Notes under the pieces: model-generated
The model's database searches: none
Seen by the model: only the letters and a program-made list of their open reading frames with translations
What the model was told of the DNA's origin: nothing
Made by a program: the position numbers and the translations under genes
NCBI RefSeq assembly: GCF_006345805.1
Contig: NC_043012.1
Location: 31,682,001 to 31,746,000 of the forward strand
Direction: 5' to 3'
DNA: 64,000 bases
Source of the DNA: Octopus sinensis
Taxonomy: Eukaryota
Part shown: positions 14,153 through 28,000 of the stretch, piece after piece
Position numbering within the stretch: position 1 is the first letter of the stretch
Layout: every line of letters begins with the position of its first letter

Positions 14153-14742
14153 GGATTGTATCGAAATGCATAAGGAGGTCATAATACCTCCATCGTGATA
14201 GTCTTCGGTGAACATAAACTAGTTGGCACTACCAATTGTACGGCCTTGTGCTGGGAGCACTATTGTTTGTTCCAATCACCTGCATTCCAATTTAAAGAAT
14301 GTATTTATACCTAACTTAAGCCGTATATCTGATATTTTAGAGGGCTGAAGAATTATTTGTTTCATTACTTAACTGGTATTTGGCTGATCGAAGAAAATGA
14401 GAGCTGAGAAACGAAATTCGAAATCAGTATGGCATGAGGACTAAATATTACATGGTATTTGGCGTCACGCTCATGCGAGACTGCCAAGTCTGAGCTCTAA
14501 ATTTAAATAATATTCTTTCTAATAAGCCATAGATTTGAAGTAGAGGTGTTAGTCAGTGAAATCGATCCAGTACTTGGCAATAATATTTTGTTATGGACCT
14601 CGGAAGAATGAAAGGCAAATTTGATCTCGGCGGTATTTAAACACAAAAAGGCATGAGTCAAGACAAAAAGAATAGAGGACTTTTTTTGGTAGTGCCGATA
14701 ATCTCTTAACCAAATTCAATTAATATCAAACATTGAACTTAC

Positions 14743-14765
14743 TTCAAACGATATGCGATTATTAT
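14743..14765 (-). CDS. Candidate 23-nt microexon (unverified)
   Basis: Long poly-T tract..aatatag|ATAATAATCGCATATCGTTTGAA|gtaagt; phase 1 to 0 reads xNNRISFE. Confidence 0.35.
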
Positions 14766-15789
14766 CTATATTAAAAAAAAAGAAAATAACTTGCTTTAAC
14801 ATTCTTGATCGGAAATTAGGTGAGTGAAAATGAATTCGATAGGCTGACCAGAAAAACAAGAACATATCAAAACTAGCATGAAATATTTCGAATGTATCAT
14901 GGAAACAAAAATAGATCGACAGGATTAAATGAGCATAGATCAATATACTAGAAGACAAGGTCAAAATCTCTAGGGAGAAACAACTATTAAGAAATATATC
15001 GATGCAAAATACACACGCTACGTAAATCGACCTCAAAAAAATAAGAAAAAAAAATACGATGGAGTTCAGGAGTCTTAAACCAAGCATAACTGTAAAAGCG
15101 CTTGGAAGTTGAAATTAGAACCGTAAAGTTTATTGATTATAGAACAAGGATAAGAGATGAAAAGTCAGATGAGAGTAACCTAATACGTCTAGACTAAAAG
15201 TTAAGATCGAGCAGCTGAGTCAGGAAAAAATATTTAAGACGATAACAATTTTCATATTATAAGTTATATAGCAATAGCAGCTACACCATCATAAATTACA
15301 CTTTCATTATACATACACTCACGTAGAAGAATATGCATACATGCATGCATACTTACATACATATATGTATATATATGACAGTTGCAACACTCCTGTCACA
15401 ACCTGGGACCTTGAAGACTGCTATAACGCATGTATTAGTCCCCTAATATTTTATATTCAACATTTCATCTATTCAGTAAGAAAATCAATACTTCATTTCA
15501 TTTTACTATATATATATTATTTATACTATATATTCTACATTCTACATTTTACATTAATATTATAAAGAATATAAATAAAACATAAAAAGCAGAGTTGGAA
15601 TTTCTTTGAATAATATACATAAATATGTATATGAGTTTGTGATTACATTTATATGAAAATTCTGCATCATGGATGTACACAAATATATACATGTATGTAT
15701 GTATGTATGTATGTATGTATGTATGTATGTATGTATGCATGTTTCTGTGTGAGTGTATGTATAGTGAAAGTGTAGTCTAAGATGATGTA

Positions 15790-15997
15790 CTCTTTTACTC
15801 TTATATTTGTTTGAGTCATTTGACTGTGGTCATACTGGAGCACCGCCTTTAGTCGAGCAAATTGACCCCAAGACTTATTCTTTGTAAGCAAAGTACTTAT
15901 TCTATCGGTCGCTTGTGCCGAACAGCTAAGTTACAAGGATGTAAACACACCAACATCGGTTGGCAAGTGATTTGGGGGGACAAACATAGACACACAA

Positions 15998-16071
<74 letters not shown>

Positions 16072-16180
16072 CACATACATATATACGATGGTCTTCTTTC
16101 AGTTTCCGTCTACCAAATCCACTCACAAGGCTGAACCCGGAACCATGTGGTTCGTAAACAAGCTACTTACCACACAGTCA
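15790..16180 (-). mobile_element. SINE (family D) with internal (CA)n/(TA)n
   Basis: GTCATTTGACTG.GG.CAT.CTGGAGCACCGCC block; homologous to 20800-21150, 54655-55008, 60587-61041 and 63768-63920. Confidence 0.85.
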
Positions 16181-16613
16181 CTAGTTGAGATGATGTACTT
16201 TGGGTTGGTGTATATGTATATATATTTATATAGACATAATACACACATATGTAGCGACATAAATATGTGTGTATATATAATTGTATATATGTAATTGTAT
16301 CTATATATACAAACACGTACACACATATACATATATATATGTATATATATATATATATATATATAGGTATGTATGCATTTATGTATGTATGTTTGTACGT
16401 GTTTGTATATATATACAACCATATATATACATGTATATATAGTTAAGATGATATACTTTATGTTGGTGTATATGTATATATATATTTATATAGGTATGAT
16501 GCATAATACATACACACTTACATATATATATAGATATAAATATCTGTGTATGTATATATATATATGCGTATATATATATATATATATATACATACGAACA
16601 CATACACACATAC

Positions 16614-16650
<37 letters not shown>

Positions 16651-18448
16651 CAGATATATACACACACACACACACATTCAAACACTTAGACATATTCATC
16701 TAATGAAGTTGTGGTTTAACGTGATGCAGCCGGTGTTGATGGTAATTCCAAGCCTCGGAATGTCGAGAAAGAAACAAGATAAACAATTAAATAAGGGATG
16801 GGCCAAGTGTCAGTAGAACAGTGAGTCACACAAAAAATTTAACTTTCTGTAAACACTTTTGTAGGCAACTTAATTTTCTCTCTAATTAAAAAATAAACGA
16901 AGAAAATTAAGTGAAATGAGCCAATGGAATAATTTGAATAAATAAGTTAACGAGTAATTTATTTCTTTTATTTTTCTTGTCTCACTGCAAACGACTGATA
17001 TCCTCCAAGCTGACATACCGCTAAATTTTGGGGGTGTATATGACGCGACTTGTAGAGGAGGGGAATATTCAACAAAATTTCAAAAATTTCATTTCTCGTC
17101 TTCAAGGCATGCATATTTGAAACTTTATATTATTTTCTACCTCTCTTTCATATCGGAATTTAAGTTGGAGAATCAGTGCTAAACACGTGAGTGATTGGCG
17201 CAGAGGATTTCAAGAGACAATTAGCCGCCGAAACAAATCACATACATGAACTAGTTATAAATTAAAAAAAGATAATTATGTTCTTGTTTCAACTTATCAA
17301 CCCTCTGACAATAATACATGTTCTAATTTGTAAATAATTCACCAGCTCGCAAAGAAAAAAAATCGAAGCTAAAACATCTATGTTCTTGGGAAAAACTATA
17401 AACGTCATTTGTGGCAAATTCCTAAAATGACGAATATTGCCTTTCTTCATCAAACGTGTTATATATATATTAAGTATCTCAATAGTACATATTCTATCGT
17501 GTCTAAAGAATAAAAAGAAATCAAAGACGCACCTGTGGAATGAATAAATGTATTATTAATAATTATCGTATCAAGTATACTATAATAGTCATCTCTTATT
17601 TAGGTACAAGGCCAATAATTTTGAAGAGAGCGGGGTTAGTCAGTCCCATTAATCTCAGTACTTGGTCGCTATTTTATATTATCGACCTCGAGATCATGAA
17701 ATGCAGATTGGCAGTGTGAGAAAAATTTTCGAGGCTTTCCAAATCTCTCTTAAGCAAGCTAACTTAGAATTGAAGACCAGATCGTTCCGATTGCCTTCAT
17801 AAACTCATAAACGACCAGAAGTCTGACGGGATTACCTTCGCCACCGTCCAGCCTTAGCATCACCGACTTATTGCTCAGTCAAGCAAGATGGTCTCTACCG
17901 CTAAACCGAATAATTCCCGGAACTATATTCCAATCAATTGCTTCATTTTTATTGACCACATAAAGAATATAACTAGTAGTCATGGGTGCAAGTACGTGCG
18001 TTGTAGTAATTTTGTTCATGTCATTGGTTACCGCATCTATGTCTAGTGACCTGAGACCATCGAGCCTAGATCATACTCCCAAAGCCAATCCTAGACTACG
18101 TATATTTATACACTAAATTCCGAATGAAACCATATCTGTTGGGAAAGCATACAGTGGCTGAGGTTGCTCACCTTCATCTCTTAAGAATGCTTGGTAATCT
18201 GGTCATGTGTCCTTTGGAAAGCCCCCTCCAAAGTTGGAAATTGTAGCAGTCGCATCTATGCATCTACCGACGTTTTCGATAATATTCTATCATTGCGCTG
18301 GTTTGGAGGCGAAACCTCCAAATTTACGCCTGCTGCTACATTGTCTTTTTTTATGTATAGTCCAGCTATTCACTGTTGATTATTTTCATAACAGAGAAGC
18401 TGGTGACTTTTAGTTTTTTGGTTGTGATTGATTTTGCTGTTGCTGTTG

Positions 18449-18816
18449 AGCGAACGGTCTTCGTCCCAGAGCTCGCATAATGGGAGAAGTCCGAAACGTG
18501 GTCCTTTGCTATTCGTAAGACCTGCAGAAGAGAAAGCAGGTCAACCCCCGACACCGAGAGCATCGACGGATGGATGAGTGCACATCCAGGCTCAGCGGTT
18601 GCGTAGGAAGTCGAGGACAAGAAACAAGAAGAAAGAGTGAGAGAAAGTTGGAGCGAAAGAGTACAACAAGGGTCGCCACCACCCCCTGCCGGAGCCTCGT
18701 GGAGTTTTAGGTGTTTTCGCTCAATAAACACACACAACGCCCGGTCTGGGAATCGAAACCGCGATCCTCCGACCGCGAGTCCGCTGCCCTAACCATTGGG
18801 CCATTGCGCCTCCACT
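18449..18816 (-). mobile_element. SINE with family-B head and a different 3' module
   Basis: 18628-18816 matches 8458-8625 and then diverges; TGTTGCTGTTG flanks both sides. Confidence 0.8.
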
Positions 18817-19779
18817 TGATGTTGCTGTTGTTCTTTTTGGTGATTTTGTTGTTCTTGTGTATGCGTGTTTTCCTGTTATTGTTAACATTGTCACAGATTT
18901 GCGTCGTGTAGTCGTTTCGGCTTTTATTTATTTTGGTAGCTCTTGATATTTTTTAGTGCTTGTGTTAGTGTTTTACTGTTCGTTTATCTTTTTGTTTCTT
19001 CCGTTGGGCTTTAGCACTTTGATCCTGTCTTTTGAACTCCCCAGGTAACTCCAGGTAACTATATATCACTCATTGGCTTCCCCAATTTTTGTTTTCGACA
19101 TTTGACAAAAAAAAATCAAAGGAAGAAGTGTAAGGCTGTTTGATGCAGTTATAAACGTCAGTGTTCTTTTTCTTTTCTGCTCTTCTCGCTGCAAGCGGTG
19201 GTATAGTGGCTGCTGCTACGGGTCATAAAATTGTCGTGGATGCATTTTCATTCTGCTTTAAGGGGATTTTTGTTCTCTTTTAATAGAGGATGAGACGCTT
19301 TGGTAGTTGCGGCTACTATAAACGTAACCAGATGGCATTCTTTACCACAAATAAAATTGGAGCACCATTCTCAAGGTGAATGACTTCTGTGAACATTTTA
19401 TGTATTCTGTGTTGAATCTCTTCTAAACCTCTGCTTAAAATGCTAGTTATTTGGTGTCATCTTATTCCTTTCTCCATATAGGAGGGTAGAAAGAGATAAT
19501 CCCCAGAAGACCATGTGTGTGTGTGTGTGTGTGAACTGTGTGCGTGGGCATGTGTCTGTGTCTATCTGTGTGTGAGTGCGTTAGGCTATTTCTATTGTCT
19601 CTCACTGAAACTCGATACTATAACCCCCTCATACTGTCACCACATCTCATACATTGACTTTCTCATCTTCCTGCACTTTCCCCTTTGTGCTGTGTAGGGT
19701 TATCGGTGATACTAATTTCCCTGTTTATGCGTCTACAAATCCCATTCCTTGTTGTTCTGTTTCTTCAGGTAGAGATACG

Positions 19780-20175
19780 ATCATCATCATCATCATCATT
19801 GTTCGACCGTGGTCGAGACAATAGAATTTACTATGTTACGCCAGACTTCACGGTCCATCATAGCATTACGGAGGCCCTGTTGCTGGATGCTTGTATCCCT
19901 GGAGATTACATCAGGGTAGGAGAATGTGCGCCCTCTGGTATTACGAGCAGATGGCTTCCAGGGGAGAAGAGTAGAAATTGCCTCATTTTCAGCTCTACAA
20001 CAATGTCCAGCAAACTGGAATCTTCTACCTTTCACAAGAGATGATACAGGTGGTAATTTCCCATATATTTGTACTTTGGTTGGATGGCGCTTCCACGAGA
20101 GATTTTGAGCTCTCATAAGGAGGCGAATGTAAGTTCCATCCAACCGCCTCTCAAGCTTCTTTGATAACGTCCAGG
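19780..20175 (-). mobile_element. 5'-truncated RTE-type LINE, ORF C-terminus plus (TGA)n tail
   Basis: ORF 19796-20143: DGTYIRLL..NLSWK.H.T...IYG.LP.VS.....RR.QFAGHC.R..RGR.....DVI..D....AM.DREVW, a typical RTE C-terminus, followed directly by a simple-repeat tail. Confidence 0.85.
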
Positions 20176-20629
20176 GCTGGTAACGTAGTGTCTGAGATTC
20201 AGCTTAAAATCTGGGACATCGTCACTGACATAGCAATCGTTATTTCTATTGCACTTAAAAACGATGCTATTATTTCCATACTAGTCGTAACAGCTGTATG
20301 TTATTGTCGTTGCTGTTGTTGGTAATGTTTTGTATTGTTTTTATACTAGTTGTATCGGATGTGTTTCATTGCCGTTATTGTTCAGTGTTACTGGTGTTAT
20401 CGTTATTCTCGCTGTTATTCAACGTTGCTGTTCTTTGTGTTGGTGATTTGTGGAACGTCAGTTGGTTTGGCGTCAATAGCTTTTGACTCTAAAGTTTAGA
20501 GTCTATTCATTGTTAGAACTGTGAAGTGTTCAGTGCTGTTGATAGTATATCTAATGGGTGATTTTTAGAGGATTATTGTGTTTTCTCAAAGACCGCATAT
20601 GATAGTATAAAGATAAATCTTTCACTTAC

Positions 20630-20750
20630 AGCCTCTAATTTTTTCTTCAAATTCAGGTTGACCGTTTTTCGAGAGATTTTCGGGGTGTATGATAGTCCTT
20701 TCCCCGTTTAAAGAAGGGCCAAGCGACCTATTCAACGGCTGTCTTATCGA
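20630..20750 (-). CDS. Candidate 121-nt exon (unverified)
   Basis: attcgttttccgaag|...GCT|gtaagt; 40 open codons SIRQPLNRSLGPSLNGERTIIHPENLSKNGQPEFEEKIRG; in phase with 14743-14765. Confidence 0.3.
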
Positions 20751-20799
20751 CTTCGGAAAACGAATATAAGAATTTTAGAGGATTTATGTCTGAGACACC

Positions 20800-20982
20800 T
20801 TTACTCTTTTACTTGTTTCAGTCATTTAACTGCGGCCATGCTGGAGCACCGCATTAAAAGGGTGTTAGTCGAACTAATTGACTCCAGGACTTGTTCTATC
20901 GTTATCTTTTGCCTACAATACGGGGACATAAACACTCCAGCATCAGTTATCAAGTGATGGTGGGGGAGGGAGACAAACACAC

Positions 20983-21021
<39 letters not shown>

Positions 21022-21150
21022 TAAAAAAATGGAGTTAACGCAGGTGTAATGAAATATTTTTACTCACAAGGCTTTGGCCAGTCCAGGACTACAGTACAGG
21101 ACGCCCAATTTGCCACACAGTGGGACTGAACTCGGAACCATGTGTTTGGG
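20800..21150 (-). mobile_element. SINE (family D), diverged
   Basis: TTGTTTCAGTCATTTAACTGCGGCCATGCTGGAGCACCGC and the shared distal block. Confidence 0.8.
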
Positions 21151-22007
21151 AATCAATCATTGTTCTGTGGTAAGATAATCAGGAAAAACAGCAGCAAGTG
21201 TTTAATCTATGCTGGCTTTACTGCAGATAAAACGCTATTAATATTGCACAAATAGATAACTAACTTAATCTCTGTTTATCTGCATACTTTGCCATCAATT
21301 ATTTACGGTTGCCATTTTTATCACGATCAAAGCCAAAAATTTTAAAGCAGCGATGGTGCCGTTGTTTAGCGATTGGAAAACACGTGACGTCAATATTAAA
21401 ATCCTCTTCAAAAACGACTCAATTATTGAATATTTTTGATTTCCAGCCCTTCAAATTACTCTATCTATTTGGACTATCATGACATTCCTTTCTATTGGAG
21501 CATTTCTCACTTCGATGCAAATGAATCTCTCTTAATACTTTAGAAATCAACATCATTCGTTAGTGATTGTGGTGAATTTTAAGTGTACTGATGTAAATAT
21601 TGTATAGTAGTGTGATGATCAAAATTTCGGAGCAAAATATCAGAACGCAGTAATTGAAAATCATCCTCTCCATAATTTTCTGTACTTAGATTTTGTGTTT
21701 ACGGATAGTATTATGAATAGCTTGCACACGCACTGAGGTACGTAAACACGTACGAAAAAACAGACACACAAACGTGCGCACGTACACACAAGCATATGTA
21801 TGATGTATTTCATATCACCAAAAGTGTAGGCTTTTTAAAACAAGGCCACATATACAATCCATGTAAAACAGATTAGACGAAAATGTCCGTGTTTAAGACA
21901 TGTTATGAGCGTTTACAATGTAAAAAAGACGAATCTGTAGGACGAACTGAAGGACATTTTAAAAAAGTAAAAGGAAGATGTGTGTGTATTTATGTGTATG
22001 TATCTAT

Positions 22008-22045
<38 letters not shown>

Positions 22046-22206
22046 TAAAGATTAATGGAAATATTTCCCTGAGATTATAGAAAATGTCAGGAAATGTAAC
22101 AGACACAAATAAGAAAAGGAACAGATACAAATCCATCATGTTCATTTAACCGGAAATAAAAGATTATTGTGTATCATGTAATGTAACAATATATAATATA
22201 ATATAT

Positions 22207-22239
<33 letters not shown>

Positions 22240-22409
22240 ATATATATATATATATATATAATATATATATACATATATACATATATATATATATGTATAC
22301 ATATACATACATATGCATATATATATATACATATATATACATACATGTATATATGTATATATACACATGTAATTATATATGTATATATTCATATAGTCGC
22401 CTACACCGA

Positions 22410-22443
<34 letters not shown>

Positions 22444-23125
22444 AAATATATATTTATATACGTACACATACATATGTGCGTTTATGTGTGTACAGATGTA
22501 CATACATGCAGAGGCACGAGAATTTGATGTTGTAATGTTCACATATATAATCGACGTATATAAAACAATAATTTTACGTTCATCCTTGCGAAATGTAGAT
22601 AAAATCTAAAGGACTTAAAGCGTTCTTCAATTAAAGTTCTGTTAATGTAAACTAATTGGCAATTAGTGTGGTAGTTTAGGCTACAGGTTTGAAATAATCA
22701 CATCATAATCATCATCAGAGAACTGGTTATTACACTAGGTGTTTAAGGATATTGATTTAAACTCTCCACTCAGTCACACATATTCCTGAACCCATATATA
22801 CTCACACAGGTAAATATATTTATGATAGGCATAACTGCACACCATACGTAGGGGTATCTCTGTGTAACGCATAAATACGTGTACGAAAGCTCCTGCATAG
22901 GTATATATGCTTATACTATTTCTCTGTTTACCCAAAGTTCATACGACATTACTGCAAGTTGTCAATAAGTTCATCAAAAGAGACTGATAGAAGAACACGA
23001 CTTTGGAGTCGATTGTTTCGACTTAAAGTCTAGAAGGTGGTGCCACAGTATGGTCGCAGTCTAATGAGCGAAACAACTAAAAGATAAAAGATAATAGCAC
23101 TTCAAGTTTATGAATAATTTAGAGT

Positions 23126-23156
<31 letters not shown>

Positions 23157-23157
23157 C

Positions 23158-23431
23158 TTAGAAGAAATGAGGTACTCAGAAATTCGGATGGTTTTATATT
23201 TACAGATATTTATTTGTATATTACATGTTTTTATACATCATATAACTTACATCATATATTAACGCTTTCTCCCATTCTAGTGGGGTTTTCAAATCGAACT
23301 AAGTTCCTGTGAAAGTTTTGACCATTTTATAGTGTTATTGAGTGTATTGTGTAAATATAAAACCATCCGAATTTCTGAGTACTTCATTTATTCTAATATA
23401 AAATACCTGTACATCATCCCCAAACCTTCCA
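23158..23431. mobile_element. Small foldback element in (TA)n: 47-bp inverted repeats plus ~35-bp one-sided tail
   Basis: 23158-23204 is the reverse complement of 23350-23396 with 2 mismatches. Confidence 0.8.
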
Positions 23432-25384
23432 ATATATATATATATATATATTTGATTTTGATTTTTCCAGTTTCAGCTTATGAGCTGTGGCCATGCTGGG
23501 GCACCGCCATTTGAGCAGTACTCAAATATATATATATTTCATTCATGACTAGTTCATATTCAAGATTTGCATGAGGCTTACCTAAAATATATGCATTATA
23601 AACTGCATTATGTGTAGCATTTATTATATGTGGAGTCTAAATTTATCTAACCGCCTGCCTCACATATGTGCAATGTCGTAGATGTTGTTAAGTTTCAGAA
23701 TCAGGTATATCATATTGCTGTTCATTATCGTTTCAGAACTTGGTCTACTGTTGGTATAAGAAATATATTCTACAGTATCTTTATAATTCATTGTTGCTAG
23801 TGATATTACTAAATAATAATTTTATGACGATAAAATGTCGACGGAGTACTGCTCAAATATATTTAGACATGTGCTAACGATGATGAATTTCAGTGCATCT
23901 TGACCTTTTCTTTATATTACTCTTTTTTACTTGTTTCAGCCATCCGGCTGAGGCCATGCTGGGGCACCGCCCTTATATACAAAAGATTAATTAATACCTA
24001 AATCAGAATTGACGAATTAGGCTGCAAATAAGTGAGAGTAATTACTACTTTAAAATTATGATTATTAGAAGTTACTTCTATCCTATTAAATATTATATTA
24101 AATTATATTATCTGGGAGACAAATCAAAGGTAAACTAATTTGGTTGATTAAGGATAAAAGTAAGGTGGGAAATAGTTAGCGGAGCAAAATCTTATAGCAT
24201 TGGGAACAAAAGATGTCAACTTTTCATCGAAGAAATTGACCAGATTCTTACATCAAAACGCAAATTAATCAACAGCAGGAGAGAAAGAGGACCCTATTGT
24301 ATTCATAAAATCAAATATACATTCAATAAATTTAAAGCAGATACGGTTAAAATAAACACTGTGAAAAATAACACCTATGAATAGTTCACAAAGTTAAATA
24401 TACCCTTAATAAATTTAAATAGACATCGTTAAAATAAACACCGTGTAAATAATACCCATGAAACCTGAATCTATACTATATTTTAAATAGGAAAAATATA
24501 TATATGTATGAACCCAACCTATCAAATAATACCTTTGAATAAATAATTTTATTTATTAGTAACTAATATAAGTCTTACAAATATAAATAATAGTGTTCAT
24601 ATAAAATTGATAAATAAAAAGAACTATTAGCAACATACCTAGACTTATTTATTAGGTCATCGATGGTTATGTTATGGATATGCTGAATAGTATAAATAGT
24701 AGAGGCAGGCTTGTAAACATAAATAGTTCATCACTTTGGCCAAAAGGGTGGAATAAAGACGTAGAAGAATATGTTACGGACATACTGAATAGGATGATAA
24801 GTAATGACAGGCTTGTAAATAGTTAATTGGTATTACAAAAGAAGGGGAATAGTCACATGACCTAGTTCTTCTGAACTATGCCTATCCCTTGTCCATTAAG
24901 GTCGAAAATCAACTTTTAGCTATTTTTAGAACAGAACATAAGACGCACATGCTACAATTCAATCGGAATACACTCTCCATTCGTTAGGTTGTGAAAAATG
25001 TCAGTCAATTAGGCTCTGAGGAGACTTTTTGCTTTTTCAAATTCATAATGCAGTTTAAAAGTGTAAATGTTGAATAACAGCAATCAGCCGAAACGCAGCG
25101 TAGGCAATGTGAATGAACATATTAATTTGACTGGACTGTGGTTCTACATATCCGTGCATTCTCCGTTTTCTCTGAATTTATATATATATCAATGCATGCA
25201 AGCATACATGCATCTCACATTTTATTTTATTTTACACCCACACACGCGCGCGCGCACACACACACACGCATGCACGCGCGCATACACATACACATCCTTC
25301 AGTATTTATTTTGATACACATTCTTCTGTATATTTATGAACTGAGTCACTCGCTGATCCATCCATCCCTTTATCCATTCATCCC

Positions 25385-25425
25385 TTCATACAGATACACA
25401 CATATACACACATATACGTACATGC

Positions 25426-25522
<97 letters not shown>

Positions 25523-25563
25523 TATACATATGTATATATATATATATTATATATATATATATA

Positions 25564-25596
<33 letters not shown>

Positions 25597-25762
25597 TATA
25601 CACACACAAAAACACAGACACAAACATATATATGCATACATATACTAACATAAGTATGTACATACACAGATACATACATGCATACATACATACATACATA
25701 CATACATACATACATACATACATACATACATACATACATACATACATACATACACACACGTA
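25385..25762. repeat. (TA)n and (CATA)n microsatellites
   Basis: Direct reading. Confidence 0.95.
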
Positions 25763-26419
25763 CATAGCCAGTTATACAAATATTCAAGAAACATTCCCTG
25801 ATGGCAATGACAGAAATTGACATACGCATACAGTATGTGGTCTATTCTTAGACTCACTAACGTAAACTGATACAGCAATAGTGAACTTCATTCTTACGAA
25901 CAAGACATTCTTTATTTCACGCTAGGAAATGTTTCCAAGGTAAACATTCATTCAGTAACACGGACGGGTCCATTCTTCTTCAAACTACTATTTATTCTAT
26001 TTTTCCTGTTTGTATACAGTCCTAATTCATTTTTTGTCTTTTTATTTCTAACATTTTTTTTGGCGAATTTTGTGTTTTGGGGCGTTTAGAAACGTTTTTA
26101 TTCTATATCAGTTTTGCTTTTTGACATGGCTCATTTTATTTTATTTCGATGTTATTTCAACGTTTCATTCAGTTGTTGTGTAGGTGCAAAACGAGTTATG
26201 TTACATTTACCTTAAAATGCGTTATGTTTCTTTTTTCTTGTTCTGACTGGTGGTTATAGCAAGAATTAATCTGTGGGGGAAGATTGTTAGATCATCGAGC
26301 AAAATACGTTGCGCTATTTCGTTAGACTTTTTATGTTCTGATTTCAAATCTCACCAAGGTTAGCATTGACTTTCATCACCTCAGCATCGATCAGGTCAAC
26401 TACAAGACGATTATTAACT

Positions 26420-26813
26420 TTTCTACTCTAGACACAAGGCCCGAAATTTTGGGGAGGGAGCCAGTCGATTAGATCGATCTCAGTACGCAACTGGTACTTA
26501 ATTTATCGACCCCGAAAGGATGAAAGGCAAAGTCGACCTCGGCGGAATTTGAACTCAGAACGTAGCAGCAGAAGAAATACCTATTTCTTTACTACCCACA
26601 AGGGGCTAAACCCAGGGAGGACAGACAAGGACAGACAAACGGATTAAGTCGATTATATCGACTCCAGTGCGTAACCGGTACTTAATTTATCGACCCCGAG
26701 AGGATGAAAGGCAAAGTTGACCTCGGCGGAATTTGAACACAGAACGTAGCGGCAGACGAAATACCACTAAGCATTTCGCCCGGTGTGCTAACAATTCTGC
26801 CTGCTCGCCGCCT
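26420..26813 (-). mobile_element. Dimeric SINE (family C)
   Basis: Two ATCGACCCCGA.AGGATGAAAGGCAAAG..GACCTCGGCGGAATTTGAAC cores; same architecture as 57127-57526. Confidence 0.9.
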
Positions 26814-27541
26814 TGGCGAGACGAGTATTAGGGTCGATGTAATCTGACAAATCTCTCCTCCTAAAATTGCTGGTCATGTGCCGAAAATTGAAGCGTCTTC
26901 CTCCTCTGCCTGTCTTCTTTTTCCTCCCGTTCCTCCTCCTCTCCCTCCTCCTCCTTCTCCTCCTTCTCAATCCACATCCTGTTATTGACTTCAAAGGAAT
27001 GAAAGGCAGAGTACCAGTTTAGGACTGGGGTGGATGTAATCGACTTATCCCCTCCCCCAATCTTGCTGGCCTTATGCCAAAATATGGAACCTTAATTAGT
27101 TTTGTTGTTGGTGGTGTTGTTCTTGTTTTATCTACAAGACATTTCTTCGATTCCCTTGGAACGTTTATAATCTTTAAATGTGTTTCAGAAGTTTAAATAA
27201 TATTTTTTTGTTTCTGTTTTGTTGCTAAACTAATCATAATTCTAAGGAATTCTAAGGAACTATTTCTTGAGAAAGACATGAGAGAAGATAATGTCCTCAT
27301 CATGTGTATCCCATTAACTACCCCACCTCCTCCCACCCCTTCCTCATTACTCCACTCTCTTTAAGCCTTTATATCTATCTTGCTTCCTCCATAAGAAGTC
27401 TTTAAGGATTATTCTTATAGCCGACTTTCTCTGCGAAAGCTCTGACTCTGGAGGACAAGGTTGGAGTTTAGGTTCTCATCCACTTTTGAGTACTACGCTG
27501 CGTTATCTGTTTTAAGCTTATTTCACTGTCAACTACTCACT

Positions 27542-27575
<34 letters not shown>

Positions 27576-27867
27576 TAGTGCATGCATATACAGCTGCGTG
27601 CGTGCGCACATACACGCGATTACTGTCCAAATTTCCGACCAATCATATACAGCTAGCTAGCATTCAATTGGCGTATCAAGTTTCGGGCATTATGGTTGGG
27701 TTTTGGATAGAAAATTCACTAAAAACTCACTTCTACTGATTGTTTAATGGCTTTGCAGGGTGACTGGGGAAATGTAAAGATGTGCACAACCGCCCTTGAA
27801 CGGTTTTGAATGACCATGGGAAGTGGGAGCCCTCTAACTGAAAAAGTGTGGATTTGTATAATGGACA

Positions 27868-28000
27868 CTCTCTCACTCCACTTCTCACTCATTCCACCCT
27901 TCACTCACTCCACCTCTCATTCACTCTACCTCTCACTCACTCCACCTCTCACTCACTTAACCTCTCACTCACCCCATCTCTCACCAACTCCACCTCTCTA
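27868..28000. repeat. CT-rich minisatellite (CTCTCACTCACTCCAC-like units)
   Basis: Direct reading. Confidence 0.75.

Noticed and set aside
21300-21410. FDRDKNGN EF-hand-like loop, echoing NNRISFE / NFGDL / KFTFAE in candidate exons
   Set aside because: No in-phase downstream exon completes the loop and the splice sites are weak.
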